Part shown: positions 41,630-51,063 of the stretch, piece by piece | Numbering within the stretch: the stretch's first letter is position 1 | Layout of the letters: every line of letters starts with the position of its first letter | Assembly (NCBI GenBank): GCA_903829815.1 | Contig: CAIKRR010000017.1 | Span: forward strand, 18,502-82,501 | Reading direction: 5' to 3' | DNA: 64,000 nt | Source of the DNA: an uncultured Pseudomonadota bacterium | GTDB taxonomy: Bacteria > Pseudomonadota > Gammaproteobacteria > Burkholderiales > SG8-39 | Position numbers and translations under genes: made by a program | Notes under the pieces: generated by a model | The model's input: the letters and a program-made list of their open reading frames with translations, nothing else | The model's database searches: none | What the model was told of the DNA's origin: nothing

Positions 41630-42427
41630 TCAGTCCAGAAGGACAATGGATTCGAGCTTGTTGCGCCTGGCATACTCGAGCAGTCGACCGTCGCTCCGAG
41701 TCTTGCGCAGAAAGACATTCACGCGTTCAACCCAGCGATCTTCGCCGATCCGAACGGCGAAGGCGTATTGGGTGACGTTGTAGGTGGTTGCGGGGGCAAT
41801 CACCTTCGACCATTCGGTGGTTTCAAGCATCCGCTGGCTGTACGGGACATCGGCCATGAAAACATCGGCACGCCCGGCCTGGACGGCCTGCTCGCGTTGC
41901 ACTGCCGAGTCGGTGATCAGCAGCGTGGCTTCGCGCAGGCGCTCGCGCATCAGCGCTTCATGCAGTGTGCCCCTGGTCACAGCCACGACGACTCCCTTGC
42001 GGTCGATGTCGCTCCAGGTATTGATGCTGGTATTGGATCGTCGCGCGACTGCACGAACGTCACTGGCCAGATGCGGTTCGGTAAAACGCAGGCGCCCACT
42101 GCGCTCGGGTGTGATGCCTATGGCAAACATGGCGATATCGCACCGATCGCCGTTCACATCATCCACCAGCTTTGCAAACGAACTGTCGACAAATCGGGCC
42201 GTCACGCCCAGATCGGTCGCGAGTGCCTTGGCCAGTTCGATATCCATACCCGAGAGTTGCAGGTTTCTGGGGTTTCGCCAGGTGATGCCGTAATACTCGG
42301 GCCAGATGCAGACCCGGAGTTCGCCTCTGGTTGTGACCCGATCGAGTGGGTCGGCTCGTGCCCCCGTGCAGCACAGCATCGCTGCAATCCCCGCGGCTAT
42401 CAGCAGGCGCGACACCTCTTCGCTCAT
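41630..42427 (-). CDS. periplasmic substrate-binding protein, family 3 (polar amino acid type)
   Basis: Signal peptide ...MLCCTGARA, followed by LRVCIWPEYYGITWRNPRNLQLSGMDIELAKALA. The ATG overlaps the upstream stop (ATGA). Confidence 0.8.
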   Translation of the reverse strand: MSEEVSRLLIAAGIAAMLCCTGARADPLDRVTTRGELRVCIWPEYYGITWRNPRNLQLSGMDIELAKALATDLGVTARFVDSSFAKLVDDVNGDRCDIAMFAIGITPERSGRLRFTEPHLASDVRAVARRSNTSINTWSDIDRKGVVVAVTRGTLHEALMRERLREATLLITDSAVQREQAVQAGRADVFMADVPYSQRMLETTEWSKVIAPATTYNVTQYAFAVRIGEDRWVERVNVFLRKTRSDGRLLEYARRNKLESIVLLD

Positions 42428-43632
42428 CGTTCCGCGCCCTCCACCGCTGCGCTCGGTCGACCTTTTTTCACATCAAGATAGCGGGCCTCATGGTGCAAGG
42501 TCGTACCTGTTTGATCCTTGACTGCAGTGAGACGCAGCCACTGACGGGGTTCATCTGCTGGGGCACCCGCGGTGGAGATCTCACCCTCCCAAACGTCAAA
42601 GGGCCCCTTGGCCGCTTGCAACCAGATCGCATCCGTATCGTATTCAGACTGGAGACGCTGCCAGGCCAGTACCGAACGGATGCCTATCGCCCAGGCGATG
42701 GCCAGCAGCAGCGCGACGACGACGACGCTTGTGGAAATCTCGTGCCGCCATCGGGCCAGGCTCGAGGTGCGGTCAATGGCAATCACGAGTACGACCGGGT
42801 AACTGCGTGATGCCCGATAGGCGTACCTGATCGCACGGCCCGGTCGGTCATCGTCGATGAGTCCGGCGTCCTGTGTTTCCAGGGCCGCGAGCAATCTCGT
42901 CCTGAGTTCAGGCGTGAATGGGGTCTCGGAACTGCCCAGTAGTTGCGTGCCATCGTAGCGCAGCAGATAGGCCGTCATCTGAGCGGGTGCATTTTGCGCA
43001 CTGAATTCGGTGAGGAAGTCATCGGGGTTGAGTGCGGCAACGACAGTGACAGGCTGCGCGCTTGCGTCCCAGCCCTCATGTATCACCGGCAGGTAGTTCA
43101 TCCCGGTCAAGGGCTTGCGTGCCCCACCGGCGGGTGAACTGAAGTCGCGTCCGGGCACCGGTACGCCAACCCTGAGGGGTACGGCAACGCCCGCAGTTCG
43201 GGGAAAGAAGTCGGTCGAGGCCATCGAGCGCCCGATGTTGGCCGGGTTCGAACTCCGGTTGATGGTTCCGTTGCCACCGACCGTCGAGATCGAGCGCAGG
43301 TAGGGTGCATTCTGGAGATCTGACAGCACCTGTGCCGGGGTAGTGGTGGTGCTGGCGAACGAGCGCATCGAGAGTTCGGCCAGCCGCAGCGTCATCGTTG
43401 TGTGTGCCTCGAGACTGCGCAGGACGTTCTCGAGGTCGACACGCTGCTCCCGGTCACCTGCTTGTTGCAGACGCACCAGCATGTAGATGCCGGTGATGCA
43501 CACAAGCACGGTCATCGGCACGAGCACCAGACCGATGGGTTTCGCCGCGCGCAGCCAGCGTACCCACGGGCGCCTGTGGTTCGAAAGGGTGCGCATCGGT
43601 GAGGCGTCTGGGCTTGGTTGATACACGGTCAC
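42424..43632 (-). CDS. membrane-anchored periplasmic sensor-domain protein (Cache/PDC-like) with no output domain
   Basis: TM1 (IGLVLVPMTVLVCITGIYMLV), then about 240 aa of periplasmic region, then TM2 (VVVVALLLAIAWAIGI), then only about 75 cytoplasmic residues. The domain assignment is by resemblance only. The start (GTG 43632 or ATG 43596) is uncertain. Confidence 0.5.
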   Translation of the reverse strand: MTVYQPSPDASPMRTLSNHRRPWVRWLRAAKPIGLVLVPMTVLVCITGIYMLVRLQQAGDREQRVDLENVLRSLEAHTTMTLRLAELSMRSFASTTTTPAQVLSDLQNAPYLRSISTVGGNGTINRSSNPANIGRSMASTDFFPRTAGVAVPLRVGVPVPGRDFSSPAGGARKPLTGMNYLPVIHEGWDASAQPVTVVAALNPDDFLTEFSAQNAPAQMTAYLLRYDGTQLLGSSETPFTPELRTRLLAALETQDAGLIDDDRPGRAIRYAYRASRSYPVVLVIAIDRTSSLARWRHEISTSVVVVALLLAIAWAIGIRSVLAWQRLQSEYDTDAIWLQAAKGPFDVWEGEISTAGAPADEPRQWLRLTAVKDQTGTTLHHEARYLDVKKGRPSAAVEGAER

Positions 43633-43890
43633 GACGCGGTCAATCTCCTGACGCTTTCGCCCGGGCGGCGTCGAGAGCGCAGCGCCAGGTCCGGCGAGAA
43701 TCGATAGTACCCCTGGATCGTAATGCCCTCGTGCGGTTCGTGTCCCGGCCCGCGCCCCAGCGCGTGCATTCGGTCACCAGGCCGCGCAGACGGTGTGGTG
43801 CGAACTCTCTGACTTCAGCCGGGTGGAGGGCTCCTCGAACCCCGATATACTCGCCCCTCGCAGCTTCAGAACAGCATCGAGGAGACGGAC

Positions 43891-45435
43891 ATGCAGCAGC
43901 AACACTCGCCGACGGGGGCAGTCGACTTCGAGCGTTTTCGTCTGCGTCGACTGGTCGAGCGCCTGAGCGAGGCCGGTGAGGTTGATGTGCGGGAGGAGCC
44001 TGCTGACCTGGTTGATCTTGCCACTGCCCTGGATGGCAACCTGCGTGCAGTCTGGTTCCGCCAGGCAGGGCCGGAGCGGGCCCAGGTCGTTGGCAATGTC
44101 ATGGGGTCGCGCAGGCGCATTGCGCTTGCGCTTGAAACCGACGAGGCCGGTCTTCCCGGGGTGTTTCGCAAACGGCTCGAGACCGTGCATCCCCCGATCG
44201 AGGTGTCCTCCGCCCAGGCCCCGGTTCATCAGGTGATCCTCACCGGTGCCGATGCCGACTTCACCCGATTGCCCGTTCACCTGCAGCATGGGCGTGATGG
44301 CGGGCCTTACATATCGGCTGGCATCGACTTCGTGATCGATCCGGCCACCGGCTGGACCAATGTGGGCATTCGACGCCTGATGGTACGGGGGCGGCAGACG
44401 GCCGGCATCGATCTGAACGCGCCCTCGGACCTGCGCGCCATCTACCTTGCCGCGGTAGCACGCGGCGAGCCACTGCCAGTTGCCTTTGCCGTGGGTTCTC
44501 ATCCGGTGGATTTTCTCGGGGCGATGGTGAGTGCTGCCCCGACCGACGAGATCGCTCTGCTCGGTTCAGTGCGTGGGGCGCCGGTGCCGACGGTCAAGTG
44601 CATCACCAGCGACATCCGGGTGCCTGCCGATGCCGAGTACATCCTCGAGGGTTATCTCGATGCGCGCGGCCTGGTCGAGCCTGAGGGACCGTATGGCGAG
44701 TATCTGGGCTATTACGGGCTGGTGAAACGCAACCCGGTGTTCCATCTGACGGCCATCACCCACCGAGGCGATGCGCTGTTCCAGACGGTGACCATTGGTG
44801 GGCGCTGGGCCGGTCGTACCGACACGGCGATGATTGGTGCCATCAAGACCGAGGCCACGGTCTGGCAGTCGCTGCGTGCCGCAGTGCGTGAGCCGGTCGC
44901 GGTCTGTTGCACCTCGACCAGCGGTGGCATGTACAACGTGCGTGTCTCGCTGCGCCAGCGGGTGCCGGGTGAGGCACGCAACGCGATAGCGGCCGTGTTT
45001 GCGTCGCTTGCCGATGTGAAGCATGTTTTCGTGGTCGATGAGGACGTCGATGTCTTCTCCGACGAGCAGATCGACTGGGCGCTTGCCACACGATTCCAGG
45101 CCGATGAGGATTTCGTGATGGCAAGTGGTTTTCGGGTGGTGCCGCTCGACCCCTCGCTCAAGGGGCGGCGGCAGGGCGCCAAGGCTGGATTCGATTGCAC
45201 GCGCCCGTTTGGCAAGGGGGCCTCGTTCGAGTACGAGATACCGCTGCCCCCGGTGCTGCAGGAACGCGCCCGCTCGACGCTCGAGGTGGCTCTGGCTGCC
45301 GGGCCGCACAGCTACCTCGAGTTGATGGAGGTGCTGGGTACACGCGACGGGCGCGAAGTGGCGATCGAACTCGAACGCATCGAGGCGGCAGGTCGGCTCG
45401 GCCGACTGGATGACGGTCGGTACCAGATCAAGTGA
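43891..45435 (+). CDS. UbiD-family (prFMN-dependent) decarboxylase with a C-terminal extension
   Basis: UbiD signature EGPYGEYLGYY. 514 aa. GAGGAG Shine-Dalgarno upstream of the ATG at 43891. Confidence 0.85.
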   Translation: MQQQHSPTGAVDFERFRLRRLVERLSEAGEVDVREEPADLVDLATALDGNLRAVWFRQAGPERAQVVGNVMGSRRRIALALETDEAGLPGVFRKRLETVHPPIEVSSAQAPVHQVILTGADADFTRLPVHLQHGRDGGPYISAGIDFVIDPATGWTNVGIRRLMVRGRQTAGIDLNAPSDLRAIYLAAVARGEPLPVAFAVGSHPVDFLGAMVSAAPTDEIALLGSVRGAPVPTVKCITSDIRVPADAEYILEGYLDARGLVEPEGPYGEYLGYYGLVKRNPVFHLTAITHRGDALFQTVTIGGRWAGRTDTAMIGAIKTEATVWQSLRAAVREPVAVCCTSTSGGMYNVRVSLRQRVPGEARNAIAAVFASLADVKHVFVVDEDVDVFSDEQIDWALATRFQADEDFVMASGFRVVPLDPSLKGRRQGAKAGFDCTRPFGKGASFEYEIPLPPVLQERARSTLEVALAAGPHSYLELMEVLGTRDGREVAIELERIEAAGRLGRLDDGRYQIK

Positions 45436-45461
45436 CACGAACAACAAAGGGAGGAGACCGG

Positions 45462-46604
45462 ATGGACATGCGCAGATTGCTTGGCCTTGTGGTGGGTGTT
45501 GCTGTGGTCAGTGCCTCGGGCATGACCGGGTCCCATGCAGCCGACCCGATCAACATCGGCATGATTGCGCCGACCACCGGCGTGATGGCTACCGTCGGTC
45601 AGCGACAGCTCGCGACCGCGCAGTGGTGGGAGAGTGATGTCAACGCCAAGGGCGGCATCAAGGGGCGCCCGGTGAAGCTCATCCACTGCAACGACGAGGC
45701 CAACCCCGAGAAGGCGGTGAGCTGCGTGCGCGATCTGCTTGCGCGCGGGTCGGTGCTGCTCATCAACAGCTCGGTCACCGGACCGATCAGGGCCACCATG
45801 CCGCTCATTCGCAACGGCCCGGTCATGGTCACGCCATCGCCCAACGTGATGCCCGAGGCAAGTTCCTACGTCTTCCAGACCAGCCCGTCCGACATGGACC
45901 TCACGCGCACGCTGGTCGAGTATCTGCATCGCAGCAAGGTTGACTCGATCGGGGTGATCGCAGCGACTGATGCCAGTGGCGAACTGGGGGTGAATACCGT
46001 CAGGACATTGCTGCCGGCATCGGCTATCCGCTTCAATCTGGCGCGCATCGATCTGCGTGCGACCGATGCGTCGATCCAGCTGGCTCAGGTGGCCAAGTCG
46101 GATGTGCGACTGATCTATTCGACCTATTCGGGCGGAGGCGCCGCCACCGTGGTGAAGAGTTTCAACAATCTGGGGCTCGAGCAACCGCTGGTGGTGAGTT
46201 ACGCCAACCTCTCCGACCAGTTCATCGCGCTCATCCGCAACGACATGCCGCAGCGCCTGCTGGGTCTGGGCCTGAAGGGGGTGGCGCCGGAACTGCTGAC
46301 GGATCCAGCCGAACGGGAGCGGGTGGCCTACTTCGCGCGTGCCTGGCAGCAGGCTCGGGGCGAGGCAATCGATCAGCTGAACCTCAACGCGCTCACGCTG
46401 GTCGACACCATCGAGGCGATCCTGCGCAATGGCCCTGACACGGCCGATCCGGCGGCGGTGAAAGCCTGGCTCGAACGGACCCCGATCCGCAGCTTCCAGA
46501 CCCTGCGCTTCTCTGCGCAGAACCATATCGGCATGAACGAGACGCATGCAGCCATCCTCGAATACAAGGGCGGGCGTTGGGTGCCGGCCGCACCGGTGCA
46601 ATGA
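45462..46604 (+). CDS. ABC transporter substrate-binding protein (Leu/Ile/Val-binding, type 1 PBP family)
   Basis: Signal peptide MDMRRLLGLVVGVAVVSASGMTGSHA, followed by DPINIGMIAPTTGVMATVG. ATG at 45462 preceded by GGGAGGAG. Confidence 0.85.
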   Translation: MDMRRLLGLVVGVAVVSASGMTGSHAADPINIGMIAPTTGVMATVGQRQLATAQWWESDVNAKGGIKGRPVKLIHCNDEANPEKAVSCVRDLLARGSVLLINSSVTGPIRATMPLIRNGPVMVTPSPNVMPEASSYVFQTSPSDMDLTRTLVEYLHRSKVDSIGVIAATDASGELGVNTVRTLLPASAIRFNLARIDLRATDASIQLAQVAKSDVRLIYSTYSGGGAATVVKSFNNLGLEQPLVVSYANLSDQFIALIRNDMPQRLLGLGLKGVAPELLTDPAERERVAYFARAWQQARGEAIDQLNLNALTLVDTIEAILRNGPDTADPAAVKAWLERTPIRSFQTLRFSAQNHIGMNETHAAILEYKGGRWVPAAPVQ

Positions 46605-46663
46605 GGACGAGAGCGTCGAAATCATGAGAGCGTGGCGTTCATGAGATCAGTGGCTGCTCTGCG

Positions 46664-47530
46664 GTGAATCTGTTCACGCAGTCGATCTACAGCGGGCTTA
46701 CCTCGGGCGCGGTCTACGCGCTGCTCGCCATGGGCCTGGTGATTGCCTTTCGCACCACGCGCGTCGTCAACCTTGCCCATGGCGAGAGTTATGCGGTGGG
46801 AGGCCTGTCCATTGCCCTGCTCCAGCAGGCCGGCGTGCCGATGCTACTTGCGCTGGTCGCGGGCATCGTGCTCGGGATGGTCTTTCTCTGGGGTATGGAT
46901 CGGGTTCTGCTGCGCCCCCGCGCGAGCTGGCCGGTGCCCAGCCTCATCCTCATCACGCTCGGCCTTGCCTTTCTCACCCGAGGCGTGCTGCTGGTGGCAG
47001 CCGGCGTCGATCCGCTCTCGTTTCCGCGACTGGTGGCCGGGCCACCCTTGCGCTGGGCCGGTGGCATCCTGCCGCGCCAGGCGCTGGTTCTCATTGGCGT
47101 GAGTATCGTGGCTGCCATCGCTGTTGCCGTGTTCCTCGGGCGGACACGGTTCGGGCGCCAGTTGCGGGCGACCGCCGAACATCCCGATGCCGCGCAGTTG
47201 ATGGGGGTGAATGTCAACGCGACCCGTGCCGTGGCCTTTCTGCTGGCGGGCGGCCTGGGCGCGCTCGCCGCTGCCTTGCTCGTTCCCCTGGTGCCGGTTG
47301 ATTTTCAAACCGGCCTTGGCATGACCTTGCGCGGCTTCATCGCTGCGGCACTGGCCGGCATGGTGCCGGGGGCGGCGGTATTCTGCGGCTTCATCCTGGG
47401 GCTTTTCGAGGCCTTCGTGACCAGCTATGGCGGCGCCCTGGCGAGCGATCCGGTCGTCTTTGTCGTGCTGATCGTGGCCGCCCTCTGGCGCAGTCGCTCG
47501 ATCCGGTTCGAGGGGAGGGCACGAGCATGA
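46664..47530 (+). CDS. branched-chain amino acid-type ABC transporter permease (LivH-like)
   Basis: MNLFTQSIYSGLTSGAVYALLAMGLVIAFRTTRVVNLAHGE. GTG start. Confidence 0.9.
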   Translation: MNLFTQSIYSGLTSGAVYALLAMGLVIAFRTTRVVNLAHGESYAVGGLSIALLQQAGVPMLLALVAGIVLGMVFLWGMDRVLLRPRASWPVPSLILITLGLAFLTRGVLLVAAGVDPLSFPRLVAGPPLRWAGGILPRQALVLIGVSIVAAIAVAVFLGRTRFGRQLRATAEHPDAAQLMGVNVNATRAVAFLLAGGLGALAAALLVPLVPVDFQTGLGMTLRGFIAAALAGMVPGAAVFCGFILGLFEAFVTSYGGALASDPVVFVVLIVAALWRSRSIRFEGRARA

Positions 47531-49287
47531 AAGCCCGCGCACGGGCCATCACCCTGTTGGCTGCCTTGCTGGGACTGGCCAGTCCGTGGTTTGGCATCCC
47601 CGGCTGGACGCTGTCGGTGGCGACTGTGGCGGCCTTCACCGCGCTCGCGCTGATCGGACTCAATCTCGTATTCGGCGTGCTGGGCATGCTGGCCTTCGGG
47701 CAGGCGGCGTTCGTTGCGCTGCCAGGCTATGTGGCCGGCATGCTCGAATTGCTGGGCGCACCGACACTGGCTGCGATGCTGGCCGGTGTTGTCGTCACAG
47801 TCGTGGTCGCAGCCGTGGTAGCTCGCATCTTCGTGCAGTTGCCTGGCACCTACTTTGCGGTCGGTACGCTGGGGTTTTCGTTTGTGATCGAGGGACTGGC
47901 GCGAGCATTCCCCGAGTGGACGGGTGGCGCCTCCGGGCTGGTGTTTGCCTCGGGGCGTGATATCGGGCCGATGGCCTGGTATGCACTGGCCACCAGCGCG
48001 CTGGCCCTGGGCCTTCTGGCATGGCATTTCACGGTTCGCACCGCGCGTGACCGGCGTTTTCGTACGGTGCGCCATGATGAACTGGCCGCGGCAGTGGTCG
48101 GCATCGATGTGGCGCGGGTCAAGGTCGGCATGTTCACCCTGGCGAGCGGCTTCTGCGCCGTGGCTGGCATTGGCCTTGCCTACTACGTGGGCGTGCTCGT
48201 GCCTGAAGGGGCCGGTGTGAATCGTTCGCTCGAATATGTGGGCACCCTGCTCCTGGGCGGTGCCGGATCGATGCTGGGCCCTATCGTCGGCGCTGCGCTG
48301 GTGCAGTGGCTCTTTGTGGTGGCAGGCTATGGCAAGCAGTTTGAACTGCTCCTCTATGGCGCTGCATTTCTCGGTGCGGTGCTCTATGCGCGACACGGTC
48401 TGGTGGGGCTGGCAGCGCCGCTGTGGCGTCGCGCGGTGAGCGATCGGACCGGGCATGGCGAGCGCGCTGACGGGTTCGGGCGGCGGGCGCCCGAGCTCGG
48501 CGACCCTGCGCTGGCAGACGCCCGTTTGCAAGGCTTGCCAGCTGCGAGGGGAGCTGCCGGGGGCAGTGGCGAAGCCTTGTCGGTCGTTGATGTCTCGAAG
48601 AACTTTGGCGGTGTCCAGGCCTTGCGCAGCGTGTCGTTCAGCGTTCGCTATGGCGAGATCTTTGCCCTGGTCGGCCCCAATGGCGCGGGCAAGTCGACAC
48701 TGTTCAACGTGATCAGCGGGGTCGAACCGCCCAGTGCCGGGCAGGTTCTTCTCGATGGCGAGCGCATCGATGGGCTACCCATTCATCGCCGTGCGCCACG
48801 GATCGGCCGGGCCTTTCAGGTGGCGCGTCTTGTGCCGGGCTTGAGCGTGCTCGACAATGTGGTGACCCGGCTCGATCAGATTGCACCTGACATGCCCGAG
48901 GCCGCGCGCCGGGGTGCGGCACTGCGGCAACTTCGACAGTTCGGGCTTGAAGGCCTGGCCGCCGATGATGTTGCGGTGCTGGCTGCCGGGCAGCACAAGC
49001 TCATCGATCTGGCGCGCGCTGCGGTCGGCAGCCCGCGTCTCGTGCTGCTCGATGAACCGGCAGTGGGTCTCACGGCCGCTGAACTCGATCACCTGCGCCG
49101 CCTGTTGCTCGAACTGCGCGACTCGGGCTGTGCCGTCGTTGTCGTCGAGCACAATATCGCCTTTGTCTCGAGCGTCGCCGACCGTGGTGTCGTTCTGGAC
49201 GGCGGCGCTCTGATTGCCGCGGGCGACTTTTCCAGCATCATCCGCGAGCCTCGGGTGCTCGAAGCCTATTTCGGTGTTCTGTCATGA
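47527..49287 (+). CDS. fused LivM-like permease / LivG-like ATP-binding protein
   Basis: The N-terminal approximately 300 aa is polytopic (LivM-like). A linker follows, then an ABC ATPase with Walker A GPNGAGKST, signature-like HKLIDLARA and Walker B LVLLDEPAVG. Start overlaps the upstream stop as ATGA. Confidence 0.85.
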   Translation: MKARARAITLLAALLGLASPWFGIPGWTLSVATVAAFTALALIGLNLVFGVLGMLAFGQAAFVALPGYVAGMLELLGAPTLAAMLAGVVVTVVVAAVVARIFVQLPGTYFAVGTLGFSFVIEGLARAFPEWTGGASGLVFASGRDIGPMAWYALATSALALGLLAWHFTVRTARDRRFRTVRHDELAAAVVGIDVARVKVGMFTLASGFCAVAGIGLAYYVGVLVPEGAGVNRSLEYVGTLLLGGAGSMLGPIVGAALVQWLFVVAGYGKQFELLLYGAAFLGAVLYARHGLVGLAAPLWRRAVSDRTGHGERADGFGRRAPELGDPALADARLQGLPAARGAAGGSGEALSVVDVSKNFGGVQALRSVSFSVRYGEIFALVGPNGAGKSTLFNVISGVEPPSAGQVLLDGERIDGLPIHRRAPRIGRAFQVARLVPGLSVLDNVVTRLDQIAPDMPEAARRGAALRQLRQFGLEGLAADDVAVLAAGQHKLIDLARAAVGSPRLVLLDEPAVGLTAAELDHLRRLLLELRDSGCAVVVVEHNIAFVSSVADRGVVLDGGALIAAGDFSSIIREPRVLEAYFGVLS

Positions 49288-49937
49288 GTGCCACGCTGCT
49301 CTTGGGCGGACTGGCGGGCGGCTATGGCCGCCTGACCGTCTTCAGGGATGTGTCGCTCAGCGTCGATGCGGGTGCCACGATAGGCATACTCGGTGCCAAT
49401 GGCGCCGGCAAGACCACCTTGTTGCGCACGGTCTGTGGGCTCCTGCCCTCGCATGCAGGCTCGGTGCGTTTGGGCGATGTCGACCTTGCCCCGATGGCTG
49501 CCTGGCAGCGCACGCGTGCCGGGCTTGCCCTGGTGCCTGAAGGTCGCCAGGTGATTGCCGGACTGTCGGTCGGCGAGAACCTCGAATTGTCACGGGCCTC
49601 GACGCGGCTATCTCAGACCGATTATGTTGCGCGCCTGGCGCAGGTGTTCGCGCTCTTTCCCCGATTGGCCGAGCGACTCGATCAGCCCAGCGGATCGCTC
49701 TCGGGGGGCGAACAGCAGATGCTTGCCATTGGCCGTGCGCTGATGCTCGGACCCCAAGTGCTGATGCTCGATGAGCCCACGCAGGGCCTGGCGCCGGTGG
49801 TGGTGCGACAGGTGCTCGAGGCGCTGCAGTCGCTGCGCGGCCGCTACACGATGATCGTGATCGAGCAGAACAGGGTTTTTCTGGATGCGCTGGTCGACAG
49901 GACCTGCACCATGCAGGGCGGCAAGCTGACCGTCTAG
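49284..49937 (+). CDS. ABC transporter ATP-binding protein (LivF-like)
   Basis: Walker A GANGAGKTT, signature LSGGEQQM and Walker B LMLDEPTQGL. Start overlaps the upstream stop as ATGA. Confidence 0.9.
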   Translation: MSATLLLGGLAGGYGRLTVFRDVSLSVDAGATIGILGANGAGKTTLLRTVCGLLPSHAGSVRLGDVDLAPMAAWQRTRAGLALVPEGRQVIAGLSVGENLELSRASTRLSQTDYVARLAQVFALFPRLAERLDQPSGSLSGGEQQMLAIGRALMLGPQVLMLDEPTQGLAPVVVRQVLEALQSLRGRYTMIVIEQNRVFLDALVDRTCTMQGGKLTV

Positions 49938-50005
49938 CCGTCGCGCTTGCCTGATTGCAGGCTGCGGGTGATCATCGGCTGGCGGTCCAACGACGGGAGA
50001 CAAGG

Positions 50006-50965
50006 ATGGCCAAGGGCGTGTTCGACAAGGGTTTGCATCAGCTGGGCGCGGGCTGCTATGCCTGGATTCAGCCCGATGGTTCATGGGGCTACAGCAACGG
50101 CGGCCTGATCGTCGATGCCGGCGAGTCGCTGCTGGTCGACACCCTGTACGACCTGGCCAAGACGCGCGAGATGCTCGAGGGCTATCGCCAGGCCGAGCCC
50201 GCCGCTCGCACCATTGGCGCCCTCATCAATACCCATGCCAATGGCGATCACTACTTTGGCAACCAGTTGGTGGATACCTCGCGCATCATCGCCAGTCGGG
50301 CCTGTGCCGAGGAGATCCGGGTGCGCCCGCCTTCGCATCGTGCCGAGCAGTTGCGCAACTGGCGCGCGCTGGGTGACGCGGGCATCTTCTACAACGAGAA
50401 TCTGGGCGGCAAGTTCGATCTCGAGGGCATCGATCTGGTGGTGCCCAACGAAGTGTTCGATGACAGGATGAGCCTCACCGTGGGGGCCAAGCAGGTTGAA
50501 CTCTACAATGTGGGCCCGGCACACACCGGCGGCGACACGCTGGTTCATCTGCCGCAGGATCGACTGGTGTACACCGGCGACATCATCTTTGCCGACGCCC
50601 ATCCCATCGTCTGGGACGGTCCGGTGTCCAACTGGATCAAGGCCTGTGATCTGATGATAGGCTGGGATGTCGAGGTGGTGGTGCCCGGCCACGGTCCGGT
50701 GAGTGATCTGAAGGCGGTGCGGGCGACGCGTGATTACTGGCTCTATCTGTCGGCGGCTGCCCGTGCCCGGTTTGATGCCGGCATGCCGGTTGATCAGGCG
50801 GTACGCGACATCGCGCTCGATCAGTTCGAGGGCTGGATCGACGAGGAACGCATCGTGGTGAACGTCCACGTGCTCTATGGCGAGTTTCAGGGCGCAACGA
50901 AGGCGCCGGACTTTGCCGACATGAGCGCAAAGATGCTGCACTATCGCAATGAGCGCCGTGCCTGA
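50006..50965 (+). CDS. MBL-fold metallo-hydrolase (paralog 1; variant HxNxDH motif)
   Basis: LINTHANGDH, GPAHTGGD, YTGDIIF and VVPGHGP. ATG at 50006 preceded by GGGAGA. Confidence 0.8.
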   Translation: MAKGVFDKGLHQLGAGCYAWIQPDGSWGYSNGGLIVDAGESLLVDTLYDLAKTREMLEGYRQAEPAARTIGALINTHANGDHYFGNQLVDTSRIIASRACAEEIRVRPPSHRAEQLRNWRALGDAGIFYNENLGGKFDLEGIDLVVPNEVFDDRMSLTVGAKQVELYNVGPAHTGGDTLVHLPQDRLVYTGDIIFADAHPIVWDGPVSNWIKACDLMIGWDVEVVVPGHGPVSDLKAVRATRDYWLYLSAAARARFDAGMPVDQAVRDIALDQFEGWIDEERIVVNVHVLYGEFQGATKAPDFADMSAKMLHYRNERRA

Positions 50966-51063
50966 GTGGTAGCGCAGGGCCTGGCAGGTCGGGATTGCCC
51001 CGGGGCGAAGACCGGGTACAGACAAGCGCCGCAGCGCAAGGCGCGCGCAGGAGGAGGAGTGCG

